From NCBI GenBank assembly GCA_051294375.1, contig CM119271.1, positions 2,576,412 through 2,640,411 of the forward strand: a stretch of 64,000 nt of DNA, in the 5' to 3' direction. The translations under genes were made by a program, and so were the position numbers. The stretch is from Paraspadella gotoi (Eukaryota; Animalia; Chaetognatha). The notes beneath the pieces are model-generated. The model searched no databases. It had not been told where the DNA came from and worked only from the letters and a program-made list of their open reading frames with translations. This document shows positions 1 through 12,548 of the stretch, in pieces (position 1 is the first letter of the stretch; each line of letters begins with the position of its first letter).

Positions 1-454
1 GGATCGAATGACAGAAACAACACCAGATTAAATAACAAACTTTTTCTAACGGAAACGAATAAAAGACAAAACGAGAGAAAGTAAACAAACAAACGAGCGA
101 TGAAAAAAAACATGGCCGATCGGAAAGGAAAGAAAAAAAGCCTTCGATTGGATCGAAGGAAATGCCTTAAAATGCCCCAGGGAAATGTGTAAAAAAAAAA
201 AAGAAATTTAAGAATAAAAGTTTAAAAACTAAAAAAAGGGAGTTGGACGTCAATTTGTAGTGATATTTTGTTTTTGTCGAGGTTGTGTTTTTTATTTTTT
301 CCGTACGGNNNNNNNNNNNNNNNNNNNNNNNNNNNNNNNNNNNNNNNNNNNNNNNNNNNNNNNNNNNNNNNNNNNNNNNNNNNNNNNNNNNNNNNNNNNN
401 NNNNNNNNNNNNNNNNNNNNNNNNNNNNNNNNNNNNNNNNNNNNNNNNNNNNNN

Positions 455-487
<33 letters not shown>

Positions 488-795
488 CGCAAAAGAGCAA
501 GAGTGAGAGCGAGACGTGTCGAGTTTCGGGGATCAATCATCGGCTCACGTCGCTCGCGGCTTTTTTTTAGTTTTTTCGTTCATCGAGTTTAGATTCGATG
601 ATGGAAACGGGTCTCGTGGACGAGAGGGTCGCGGCTTCGCGGCTTCGTTTTTGTCCCTATCATCTTTTAAAAATTACCATTGTTTAAGCGGAGGTTACGG
701 TTCTTTATATAATGTAAAAGCAGTTATTTATTAGAATTTTATTTTCCATTTCTTTTTATTTTTTTTGAAAAAAATCATCTCTCTCTCTCTCTCTT

Positions 796-881
<86 letters not shown>

Positions 882-1526
882 TTCAATCTTCGGTCTACTA
901 AGTGGACCGCCGGCGTCAACACCGACCCGCAGGATTTTGATAAGTGACTGAACGATTGACGTGATCATTCTTTGATACTTNNNNNNNNNNNNNNNNNNNN
1001 NNNNNNNNNNNNNNNNNNNNNNNNNNNNNNNNNNNNNNNNNNNNNNNNNNNNNNNNNNNNNNNNNNNNNNNNNNNNNNNNNNNNNNNNNNNNNNNNNNNN
1101 NNNNNNNNNNNNNNNNNNNNNNNNNNNNNNNNNNNNNNNNNNNNNNNNNNNNNNNNNNNNNNNNNNNNNNNNNNNNNNNNNNNNNNNNNNNNNNNNNNNN
1201 NNNNNNNNNNNNNNNNNNNNNNNNNNNNNNNNNNNNNNNNNNNNNNNNNNNNNNNNNNNNNNNNNNNNNNNNNNNNNNNNNNNNNNNNNNNNNNNNNNNN
1301 NNNNNNNNNNNNNNNNNNNNNNNNNNNNNNNNNNNNNNNNNNNNNNNNNNNNNNNNNNNNNNNNNNNNNNNNNNNNNNNNNNNNNNNNNNNNNNNNNNNN
1401 NNNNNNNNNNNNNNNNNNNNNNNNNNNNNNNNNNNNNNNNNNNNNNNNNNNNNNNNNNNNNNNNNNNNNNNNNNNNNNNNNNNNNNNNNNNNNNNNNNNN
1501 NNNNNNNNNNNNNNNNNNNNNNNNNN

Positions 1527-1631
1527 CCACAATGACCCGTCGTCACTCTCTCCTCTCCGGTCTGGACAACGGACTTCCCTCAGGTCTTGACCCGGACTGC
1601 ATCGCTTGGGCCTCACTTAGTCACATGGGAG
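1527..1631 (+). CDS. unc5: UNC5-family netrin receptor, exon entering the ZU5 domain (5' end lost in N-gap)
   Basis: Translates TMTRRHSLLSGLDNGLPSGLDPDCIAWASLSHMGG, followed by a gtaagt donor at 1632. Resembles the start of the UNC5 ZU5 domain and is collinear with the clear UNC5 exons downstream. Confidence 0.7.
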
Positions 1632-2618
1632 GTAAGTTTAAACTCTTAAACTAAATTGATTAGTTTAAAATAGAATCCCTCCCTGGTAATGTATAGCTAA
1701 ATAACGTAGTAACTCACCCCGTGGTAAGTTCTGTCGAAAAAAGAAAATCTTGCCGAGGAATGTGTTACAACACGAACTATAAATAAATATTGTAGCGAAG
1801 TCACAATCCCAATTTTTTTTCTTAAAAAAAAAATAATAATCCGCCTAAAAAGGTAAGGAAGGTGAGGCGTCGACGGCTTAAACCCGACGATCCCACCTCA
1901 CCAAAATCGCCTTACCGCTTCCGTTTCTTTAAATCGCCTTAACTTGTACTTTTTTTGGTTTGTTTATTTTTAGTTTTTCCTTCTTATTTTTTCGACTTAT
2001 ATTTTTTTTTCTTGGGGGGGGGGTGGCGCGGTTGTTTCGTGACTCAGATCTTATTCCGTATTTATTTTGGTCCGATGACATTACATCAAAACGAAACAAC
2101 CCTAAAAAAATGATAAATTGATAAATGTAAGAGATAATGCGAGACCTCGAACTGTCGAAAGATCGGTCGATAAAGAATGTATATAAAAATAACGAATTCT
2201 TTCTTTAGCTCTAAAAAATCTCGTTTCTAAAGATGTTTGATCCTCCAGCGATTAACACAGATTTCGAATCCCCTTCCCTTGGGCGGGTGGGGGGGGGAGA
2301 AGGAATCGTTTACCCTCCAAGTTTTCTGGGCGAAAACGAAATGGAGATATCATGCAAATGACATACAAATGTCATGCAAATGACATACAAATGTCATGCG
2401 AATGACAATAAGCGGCGATTTTAAAAAATTAATGCGATTTTGGTTTTCGCTCGTGTCGTGATCTCTCGCTCTCTCTTTCTCTCTCGTTCCCTCAAGGTGT
2501 CGTTATCGTTGTGAAGTTTTACGATGTGATTTCTCACTGGGATTGTGATTTCTATTAATATTGATCTCTTTTTTTTCTGTTATGAGGTTTCACTTATGTG
2601 ATTTCATTCGTCACTTTC

Positions 2619-2652
<34 letters not shown>

Positions 2653-3890
2653 AATTCGTTTCTCGATCGAAGGATATATATTTTTTTTCTTTCTGCGCGT
2701 CGCCCAAACTTAATCATTTAGTCGACATCAAAATTAACCGTTCCCAGTCGAGAGGATTTAAAGCAAAGTTTGTTTTGCAATAGTATAGGGACTTTTTTCG
2801 CGGCCTTGAGGATATTCTTTATATAATTTCCCCTAGTCATTTTTTTTATCTCAAGTGAAGCAGGAAAGACTTCCTGGAAACTAAGTCTCAAATTACCTAC
2901 TAAATTACCTATCATTCCCCGTCCAAAGTAATGGAGCAATATAGAGCTCGCTTATCGACGAAACAAATTTAGGTGACCGAGATGAGAAGGGGTTTCCATG
3001 CCTCTGACATTGAGATGGGAGGGGGTTTCCATGTCCCGAGGTCTGGAACCGGAGGTAGGCTTGCTACCAGTGGTNNNNNNNNNNNNNNNNNNNNNNNNNN
3101 NNNNNNNNNNNNNNNNNNNNNNNNNNNNNNNNNNNNNNNNNNNNNNNNNNNNNNNNNNNNNNNNNNNNNNNNNNNNNNNNNNNNNNNNNNNNNNNNNNNN
3201 NNNNNNNNNNNNNNNNNNNNNNNNNNNNNNNNNNNNNNNNNNNNNNNNNNNNNNNNNNNNNNNNNNNNNNNNNNNNNNNNNNNNNNNNNNNNNNNNNNNN
3301 NNNNNNNNNNNNNNNNNNNNNNNNNNNNNNNNNNNNNNNNNNNNNNNNNNNNNNNNNNNNNNNNNNNNNNNNNNNNNNNNNNNNNNNNNNNNNNNNNNNN
3401 NNNNNNNNNNNNNNNNNNNNNNNNNNNNNNNNNNNNNNNNNNNNNNNNNNNNNNNNNNNNNNNNNNNNNNNNNNNNNNNNNNNNNNNNNNNNNNNNNNNN
3501 NNNNNNNNNNNNNNNNNNNNNNNNNNNNNNNNNNNNNNNNNNNNNNNNNNNNNNNNNNNNNNNNNNNNNNNNNNNNNNNNNNNNNNNNNNNNNNNNNNNN
3601 NNNNNNNNNNNNNNNNNNNNNNNNNNNNNNNNNNNNNNNNNNNNNNNNNNNNNNNNNNNNNNNNNNNNNNNNNNNNNNNNNNNNNNNNNNNNNNNNNNNN
3701 NNNNNNNNNNNNNNNNNNNNNNNNNNNNNNNNNNNNNNNNNNNNNNNNNNNNNNNNNNNNNNNNNNNNNNNNNNNNNNNNNNNNNNNNNNNNNNNNNNNN
3801 NNNNNNNNNNNNNNCCGATAAAAAAGGGAAGGGATCAAAACAAACACAATTTTTAGGCAAAAGAAGAAAAATCAGGAGAGGAAAAAAAGG

Positions 3891-4516
3891 GCCTTATTTT
3901 ACGAAAGCGCCCCATTTTATCTTAAATTCGAAATTAGGTTAATTTTTAAGAAGTAAGAAGTAAGGTTAAAGATTAGGGTTGGGATTTATGGTAATGATTA
4001 AAAGTTATTAATTAGGGTCTCGGATTAAGGATTGAGTAAGGTTTAAGGTATTAAGGTTAAAGATTAGAGACTAAGGATTAGGATTATAAGNNNNNNNNNN
4101 NNNNNNNNNNNNNNNNNNNNNNNNNNNNNNNNNNNNNNNNNNNNNNNNNNNNNNNNNNNNNNNNNNNNNNNNNNNNNNNNNNNNNNNNNNNNNNNNNNNN
4201 NNNNNNNNNNNNNNNNNNNNNNNNNNNNNNNNNNNNNNNNNNNNNNNNNNNNNNNNNNNNNNNNNNNNNNTAAGGTTAAAATTTAGGATGAAAATTAAAT
4301 TACTGATTTACAAAATTAAAGTAAAATTTAGGGTTAAAATTATGACATTATGTATATACTATCTTTTCGTTGTTTTTGAGGTATTAGGAAAAAAACAGTT
4401 TTGGTTTGACTACGATTTTTTGACATAAATATAAATGTCAAACCCAAACTGTTTTTCTCCTAGGGTTAAAATTAAATTAATGATTTAGAAATGGGGCGCT
4501 TTGGGAAAAGAGAGCA
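3891..4516. mobile_element. MITE-like element with imperfect TIRs and a degenerate TTAGGG/TTAAGG-like interior
   Basis: Left gccttattttacgaaagcgccccattt vs right aaatggggcgctttgggaaaagagagc. Interior ttaggg/ttaagg-like array and a hairpin at 4384-4464. A related element lies at 62917-63142. Confidence 0.5.
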
Positions 4517-4674
4517 AAATAAAAATTGATTAAAAGCGCGAAACAGAAAAAAAAGATTACTAAATGAGAAGAAAAAAAAAAGAGTCTGTGTTTCCGAAAA
4601 AAAACAAGGACTTTTTATTCTTTGCCTTAGATGAGGTATTTTTTTGCCCGGAATGCCAATCTCCGACTGGGGGC

Positions 4675-4722
<48 letters not shown>

Positions 4723-5080
4723 AATCAATTTTTCGGGAAGAAACTCTTTCCAATTTCTTTCCCCGAATCTAAAAAAAAAGAGACGCAGGGTAGATAAAGA
4801 AAGGAATAATGAACAGTAAAAGTTTTCACAGATTAAATTAAATTTCTAAGTACGAAAAGCCACACGATTTAAAAACAAGGAAAGAGCCGCTCTTCTCTTT
4901 TAAGAAATCTTAAGATTCCTCCAAAACTTGATTAACATTATTTTTGATTAACAAAATATTCATTCAAATATAATTGATAATCTAAATAGAAGTTTTAAAT
5001 CAAATTAACTAATTACTTTAAGAAGGAATTATTCGGAAAAAAAAAAATCTTAACACGCCTTTTCCCCACGCCCTCTCCAG

Positions 5081-5353
5081 NNNNNNNNNNNNNNNNNNNN
5101 NNNNNTCCTCTGCTCAGCCATGTTCTCCACTGCGCGCGCTTGGGTCTCGACAGCGTTGGATCGTGCACGTGTAACACGTCGACCCGCCCTACGAGCGCCG
5201 CGACAATTTCGTGGCTTCGTTCACGGACATTCTGGGACAAGGACGCTCGTGTACCAAAGCGTGCGTATGTACCATGGACGCGTTGCAGCGTTTTTGCATG
5301 TGGGCGTTCACCGCGCGTCACGTTGGCTGGGGATTCGATGCGCGGGACGCGGG
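5081..5353 (+). CDS. unc5: UNC5 ZU5 C-terminal exon (indel-rich, partly in a 25-N gap)
   Basis: Polypyrimidine tract plus ag ending at 5080; gtgagt donor at 5354. Fragments HCAR, WIVHV and TLAGDSMRGTR echo the UNC5 pattern HCA..W..F.GES. The phase-1 end matches the next exon. Confidence 0.6.
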
Positions 5354-7593
5354 GTGAGTTTGTTGCTGTTGTTGCTGTGTTTTTAGTTGTTCTTCTGGTT
5401 TTGAATTTGTTGTTTATTTTATGTTCTCCTATCTAAGAACTTCCGCATTTAATCCTTCCCTTCAGCTTTGAAATAATGATTATTTTCTTATAACATTTAT
5501 AACGAGACTGTTAGAGAGTCTTGATTGGAATTTGAGATTTCCTATATGTTATTATCTATGTTATATTCAGGGGCAAGATGCATATTTATTAATGAATGAC
5601 ATTATTTTTGGTGTACATGGCTGTACCAGATTTCAGTAGTAGTTTGTATACACTTTCTCATAAATACGTTTATTCTAGCTTATATATTAATCTCCCTTGA
5701 CGCAGTTATGCAAATTAATTTTTAAATAAACAAAAGCGTATTTCTGAGTTACAGCTATTTTTAAGTCAGATTTCATTTAATTTTCCATGCACGCGGACTC
5801 ACTGGTTTTTCAGCCGCTTATATTTTAACTTTAGTTTAAGTTCGTTGAAACACCTCAGCCACACGACGAACAGATTAACGCGTTCAATATCATTATCTTT
5901 TTTTTTAAATCGCGTTGAAAAATCAAAGCGAAAAAAAAAAAAAATAAAACAGCTTTTTTCAATCTAAATGTGATCTACGATTTTATCTGGACTTACAAGG
6001 TTCTATTGACTCGATGGTTAAATTGATTCGACGAAAGAATCTCACGATTAGTTACTCAGAGTGCGAATCTTGTAAGAAATTACGTAAAGAAACTAGGTAA
6101 TTATACCTATATCCCTTTATCTCTCGGATGAGGAGAGAGGATCTGATCGGACGATACGAAGGAGTCCCCGAGAGTATTAGACGAGATTCATGTGTATTGG
6201 TCGCCACGCTAGGAGGGAGAGATGATGAGAGAGAGAGCGGAGACGAGAGAGGAGCAGAAGAAGAAGGAGATGAGATCTTGTAGAATTAACTGCTACACAA
6301 AATCAACTAAACCAAAGATGACAAACGATTTCGCAAAAATAAAAAAAATATCGCGAATTTAAAAAAACGCCACGAATTTTTTTCACTTTATTCCCTCATA
6401 AAAAAAAATCCTTCTGTTTCTTTAATTTTCCCAATGAAGAAATTATAATAAACAGATTGTTAATAAAAGGACTCCCGATAAAAACCCGGGCAGAAGCGTC
6501 GTACAAGGAAGTAGGACTTATTGTGGTTTATGGTATATTGGTGTTCTATCGTGCGTCGTCGGTCGGTGGGTGCGTCTGTATACGGTGCGTCGTCGACGTG
6601 TAGCAGTCGGTCAGAGTCAGATGCCAGTGAGTGGTTTATATTTATTAGGAAAGGATCATCAGCAGTATCTTAAAAAACTATTATCTAAAGTTGTAAAAAT
6701 ACGTTTATATATTGATATCCCACTCACATATTGTTCTATTGTGTGTGTGGTGGTATCGAATATGATATGCTTCTACTTTTATTTTTCTTTCTCTCCTCTC
6801 TCTTCTCTGTCTCTCTCATCTGTCCTCGTACTCTCTCTCTCTCACTCTATTTTTTTTCACTTGTGTGTCCATTCGCCGACTCTATTCTGAGCCCATCCAC
6901 CTTTTTATCATCTCCTGCCTTTGCTATATAATTCTCTTTCTCCATTCTGAGCCACCACCTTTCTTAGTCACCGCTTGACTATAGATTTTCTTCATCACAG
7001 CGGGACCTCAAGAGTCTTAGAATAAGAGTCTATTATTATAATTCGACAGGGAAATAAATTTGTTAATTTTTTTTAAAGACGCGACGTGGTGGGTAGATAA
7101 AATAACGTTTGGCCGTAATTTAAAATTAAAGAACAAAGGCGACACCACCTCTACAATTAAACGATTTCCGCGAAGCAGCGGGATTGCAAGATTAACTATT
7201 CTCCAAAATAATTAACAAATTTAACATTAAACTTAATCTACACGTTTAAAAGCTAAAAAAATTTTCAAGTTTACTTCTTTTACAATATTTTATTACGTTT
7301 TCAAAATTCAAAACCTAAAAGTTTATTCTAATTTAGTAATTACTCGTTTCACTTAAAATATAAAACTCATGATGGGGAAAGAAATAATAAAGTCGTCTTT
7401 TAGAATTACCTTGGACAGGCTTTGGTGGTTTAAGGCTTCCATCACTCTTACAAGATAATAAATAGCAGGACCCTACAAGCTTTCAAGCAATCAATATATT
7501 ATACAAACACATATCCCACGATTTTTTTGAAAAAAAAATTTTTTTAGACTTTTATCAAGCAGTCCCCTTAAATGCCCCCATTTCTTTTCCCAG

Positions 7594-7688
7594 CAATCAA
7601 AGGCATCCGTCTCGCCGCCTTCGCCACTTCCTTCTCAGCGACGGCCGACTTCAGTCTCCGCGTTTACTGCGTCGAGGATAATTTGGAG
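7594..7688 (+). CDS. unc5: UNC5 UPA domain exon (GC donor)
   Basis: (A)IKGIRLAAFATSFSATADFSLRVYCVEDNLE resembles UNC5 AVKRLQLAVFAP..LEYSLRVYCLEDT. cag acceptor at 7591-7593; donor gcgagt at 7689. Confidence 0.9.
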
Positions 7689-7768
7689 GCGAGTCGGTTC
7701 GAGATTTAAAGGGCGGGTTGGAGAGATTGAAGATTGTAGGGTGGCTTGAAGGAAGGTTTGAGTAAAGG

Positions 7769-7912
<144 letters not shown>

Positions 7913-8205
7913 GAGAGTCATCTCTGATATGTTTCATCTTGCGTCGAAAAAATTCTCGGAAATACTTCACCCGTCGCCGTTGGCCAAAGCTTCGTGCGGT
8001 TCCATCTCTCTTTTGACTTTGTTTCATTCCCAAAAGTTGGAGTTTTTTTTCCCACGATTTGTGATTTGAGATAAAATTTGGCAAAAAAGAATGAATTTTT
8101 TATAAATTGAGAAATTAAATCCCCCTACGATTTGGAATTAAGGATGGAATTAAATTTGAAAAGCGAAACCAGAAATAATGGAAGAGAAAATTATCTTGGA
8201 GATCA

Positions 8206-8240
<35 letters not shown>

Positions 8241-8620
8241 NNNNNNNNNNNNNNNNNNNNNNNNNNNNNNNNNNNNNNNNNNNNNNNNNNNNNNNNNNNN
8301 NNNNNNNNNNNNNNNNNNNNNNNNNNNNNNNNNNNNNNNNNNNNNNNNNNNNNNNNNNNNNNNNNNNNNNNNNNNNNNNNNNNNNNNNNNNNNNNNNNNN
8401 NNNNNNNNNNNNNNNNNNNNNNNNNNNNNNNNNNNNNNNNNNNNNTTGGCGAATATTTTTGCTTGTTTGATTGAATTAACGTCGTAATATGAACTCGGAT
8501 ATATTTCATCATTTCTCCTGGACTGTGTTTGATTACATCCTTGATTGCTTGGCCATTGCTTGTTTGTCATTTTTTCGGCAGATTGATTTTCTTTTACTGA
8601 TTGATTGATTGACTCCCCAG

Positions 8621-8744
8621 GCGATCGACGCGGTGGTGGCGACGGAGAAAAAGTTGGGAGGTCGTCTTCTCGACGCGCCCAAATCTCTCTTCTTGAAGGA
8701 CGGGGGATCAAACCTTTGTCTCTCCCTCACCGAGTTGTCAGCGG
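8621..8744 (+). CDS. unc5: UNC5 UPA domain exon
   Basis: AIDAVVATEKKLGGRLLDAPKSLFLKDGGSNLCLSLTELSAG resembles UNC5 ALKEVLELERTLGGYLVEEPKPL.FKDSYHNLRLSL. Canonical ag/gtaagt boundaries. Confidence 0.92.
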
Positions 8745-9174
8745 GTAAGTTCGCTTTTAAGTTAGAAGAAAAAAAGTAAAAATTTAATATCTCTTATCTT
8801 TCTCTCTCCAAACGATAAAATTCAGTTGACCCTAAATAATTAGGAGATTCGAATATTAAGTGTCCTTTCACTATTCGAGTCACGCCCTTTTATTTAAAGA
8901 TCAAAAAAAAAAAATGTTTCTTTTTCTACAAATTACGCGTCATGTTATATTAAAACGGATTTTCATTTGAACTTTTTCCCCGCGTCCTTCCGCAAGAGTG
9001 GACACAATCCGCCCCCTTATAAAAAAAAGAAAAGAAAAAGAAAAGAAAAAGAAAAAAAAGAAAAAAAAATGCCGCGAAATGAAATCGCCCAAAAAAAAAT
9101 GAAAGATTCTGATGAAAATGACGTTTCGATGGTTAATCATTGTTTCGGTTCGTTGAGCAACCGGGAGCACGGCT

Positions 9175-9209
<35 letters not shown>

Positions 9210-9357
9210 CTAAATATCGAAGCGTAGAATTTGAATTCGATTAAGCAAAAAATAAGATTAATTATTTTTTGATGAGAGACTCGCAAAAAATTCCCCAGTT
9301 TTGTTACTTTTTTCAACGTNNNNNNNNNNNNNNNNNNNNNNNNNTCAACGTAACTCT

Positions 9358-9390
<33 letters not shown>

Positions 9391-9391
9391 T

Positions 9392-9431
<40 letters not shown>

Positions 9432-9441
9432 CCCCTTCCAG

Positions 9442-9625
9442 GTTGAGGCTGTCGCCTGGCCTGGCAACGGATCCAAGAGATTCCCTTCGAAGCACATCTT
9501 GGTCAGGCACCACCCGGACATCCATTGTCTTTTGTTTGGAGCAGATCGAAGAATGCGCTCCTTCAGTCCTAACATCGCTGTAAAATCACGGGTCTTTCAG
9601 AAGCAGCAGCCTCAGCGGCGGGCAG
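9442..9625 (+). CDS. unc5: UNC5 UPA domain exon, copy 1 (indel errors)
   Basis: Noisy copy of the intact exon at 17009-17187. Confidence 0.75.
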
Positions 9626-9750
9626 GTTTGAGAGGTTTTTGCTATTGTTGGTTGCTTTTTAGTTATTTGTTTTATCTAATGGACAAAGATATTTGCTAGG
9701 CAAGCTAACATTTACTTGGGCCATTAACTTTGAAAACCTATTCATTTTTT

Positions 9751-9831
<81 letters not shown>

Positions 9832-10772
9832 CTCTCTTCTCAAAAACCTAAACTCCTTTAAAAAAAGCCCCCTCCTTTTTTCCTTCCGCCGCCATCTTCC
9901 CGTCCTCAAATGTAATTCCACTCATTGCGCCAATTTTTTTTGATCCCGGGGACGGTTTTTTTTTTCTTGATTCGTGGGGGAGCCAGGCAATTACAAGAGC
10001 GGAATGACGGCGGAATTCGTTAATTACGTATCGAGATAACATGTTCCAGTTCGGAGGTTTGAAGCGGGGAGGATGAGGAGGAGGAGGAGGAGAGGAAGAA
10101 GAGGAGGAGGAAGCTTGTAATAATTTGTTATCATCGATTGTCCCCCTCTCTTTCCTCTCGCTCCCCCCTCCTTTACTGGCATTTATGTTGATGACGTCAT
10201 TAAGGACCATCGAAGTCAAATATTTAGTCCGATAGAATTTCTTTAAGGAGCGAATAATTTTCATTTCGAGTTGTGCCACTTAGAAGGGAAAAAAGAAAGG
10301 CTTAAGGGGATAGGGGGGTGGGAGAGAGATTAGGGATAATAAAGGGGGAAATGATGCGTTGATTTATAACCTTTTTTTTTCAAAGTCGATTAACGAGATT
10401 TTTTTTTCGCAGTATCGAGACGATATTAAAAAAGAATCGGCTTGGACATCAAGCTTATTATTACTTCTTTTATTTATAAAAATATTATTTTTATTTTGTG
10501 ATTCATTCAAGCCATATTTTTCTTTAATTTTTTATTCTTTATGAGATTAAAATAATAAAACTATCACAAACAGTTATTATATTTTTAAAATACGTTCTTA
10601 AATAGTTCGTGCGTATCCCTCCCCCTCCTAGCTCTGTGGGGAGGAGGGAGTAGTCCTAATTTTTTTTATTGTTTTTATTGTTCGCCTTCGTTACTATAGT
10701 TTAATTAGCCAATTATCTTGCAAATCGAATTTTTTCCTATATTTTTGCGCCTCTCTCTTCTCTCTCTTCTCT

Positions 10773-10804
<32 letters not shown>

Positions 10805-11298
10805 CTCTTTTGATGCGATAAGCGTAAAAGCCGGATGACAGCTGAAAAATAAAGTCGTTTAGCGACGAGAAGCCCGGGTCCTGAGATCGCCGCTTGGCAT
10901 TATTTTCCTTTTTTCTTCTCTTTCTCTTTCTTCCTTTTCCTCATCTGTATCTCTCTTCCTCTCCTTGTCTTCTATTCCTCTTTCTTTCTTTTCTATCTCT
11001 TTTTCTTTCCTCCTTGTATTTCATTAAACAATCTTTTCTCTATCTCCCTTTGCTCTTTTCATGCCGTTGTATATCCTTTTACCCTTATCATTTCTTCAAA
11101 TCTTTTTTTTAAAATTTTTAATCTTTTAATCTCTTTTTTAATCTCTTTTATAATCTCTTCCGGTTCTCTCCCTCTCTGCATTCCGGGACCCACCATATCC
11201 CTCCTCCTCCTCCTTCCTTCTCCTTCTCCAACAATCACATCCATTGTTTCCCCCCATTTCATCCCCGCTTAACCGCCCCCTCTCATCCCCCCCGCCAG

Positions 11299-11439
11299 GT
11301 GTTGAACGTCGCCACCAACGCTTCTCGCCATCCCAGAGTCTCACATCGGGAGTCAAGAATCTCCGGACTTCGACTGTTCCTTCGTCGGGGGTTCGTCCCT
11401 CGTCACCTCGACCCGCCCTGCGCGTCTTCCGGCTGCCTG
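11299..11439 (+). CDS. unc5: UNC5 UPA-to-death-domain linker exon, copy 1 (other copies 18912-19053, 25088-25232)
   Basis: Consensus of three copies is VLNVATNALAIPESPHPGVKN.RTSTV.SSGCSSLVTLDPPCAVFRLP. FRLP corresponds to UNC5 AFKIP just before the death domain. Confidence 0.8.
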
Positions 11440-12480
11440 GTAGTGCATATTAGTTGTTGCTCGATGCTCATTTGTTAGAAGGGAAAATCCTCAATTTAAG
11501 TGACTACTTGAGCCGCCCTTCAGGAAATCCTAAAATTCTAAAAAATAAGACGGGAATTCCGATGCAGTGTGTGGGCTAAGAAATTATGTCATCGTGCCAT
11601 GTTCATGTCAAGTCATTGTCATGCACGAAAAATTACATGTTGATAAGGACGCAACACATTTGAATTACCGTTCTTTTTTGGTTTTTGTTATGTTTTGCTT
11701 TTAATCTTTCTGTCTGTTTTGCTTTTTTTGGTCTGTTTTGTTAGTTTTAAGTTTAATTTTTATTTTTAGTTTTATTTTGGTTTTTGTTTGTTTGTTTTGT
11801 TTCTTTAGGGTTAATGAAGAAAAAATTAGCTTAACTTAAATGGACATGTTATTTTTATACTTACATAACAACAGTAGCAAAACATCAAATTATAAAACAT
11901 TACTTTATAACCGATTAACCTTTCCAATTCATCAAAAAACACATTAACACCGAAGGAATAAACCCAGGACCTAATTTTATGACGTCCTTCATTTTTCAAT
12001 CTGAAAATTCTTTGACCCGCGAGAAGTTTTTAATTCGCTTTTACGAAAAAAATGGTTCCATCTCGTTAAATATGTACGCGAACTCGTAAATCCCGAAGTT
12101 TCTATATTACCGATTTTCGTTTTTTTTCCTACTTTTTTTTTTTTTATCGTCAAACAACAACATCCGATACAACGACGAAGGGACTAAAAAACAAACAAAC
12201 GAACACAAGAGACACTAGAAGTGCGGAAGCAAAGCCCGGGAAAAAAGAAAACAAACGGAAATGCAACGAGGCGGAAGGCCTCGATCCCACCTTTACTTTA
12301 AGGGGGAACCGGTGCGACGGACCTGGATTTAAGCGGGATTACAAGTAAAAACTGGATTTCGGCGGAGGGAAAGAAACACAAAGAAATACTTTAGGGTTTT
12401 TTCTTTCCTTTTTTTTTCCCTTTTTTTTTTAGATTTCTTTCCAATTTGATGATCCCCCTTTTGACCCGGAAGGAATATCT

Positions 12481-12548
<68 letters not shown>

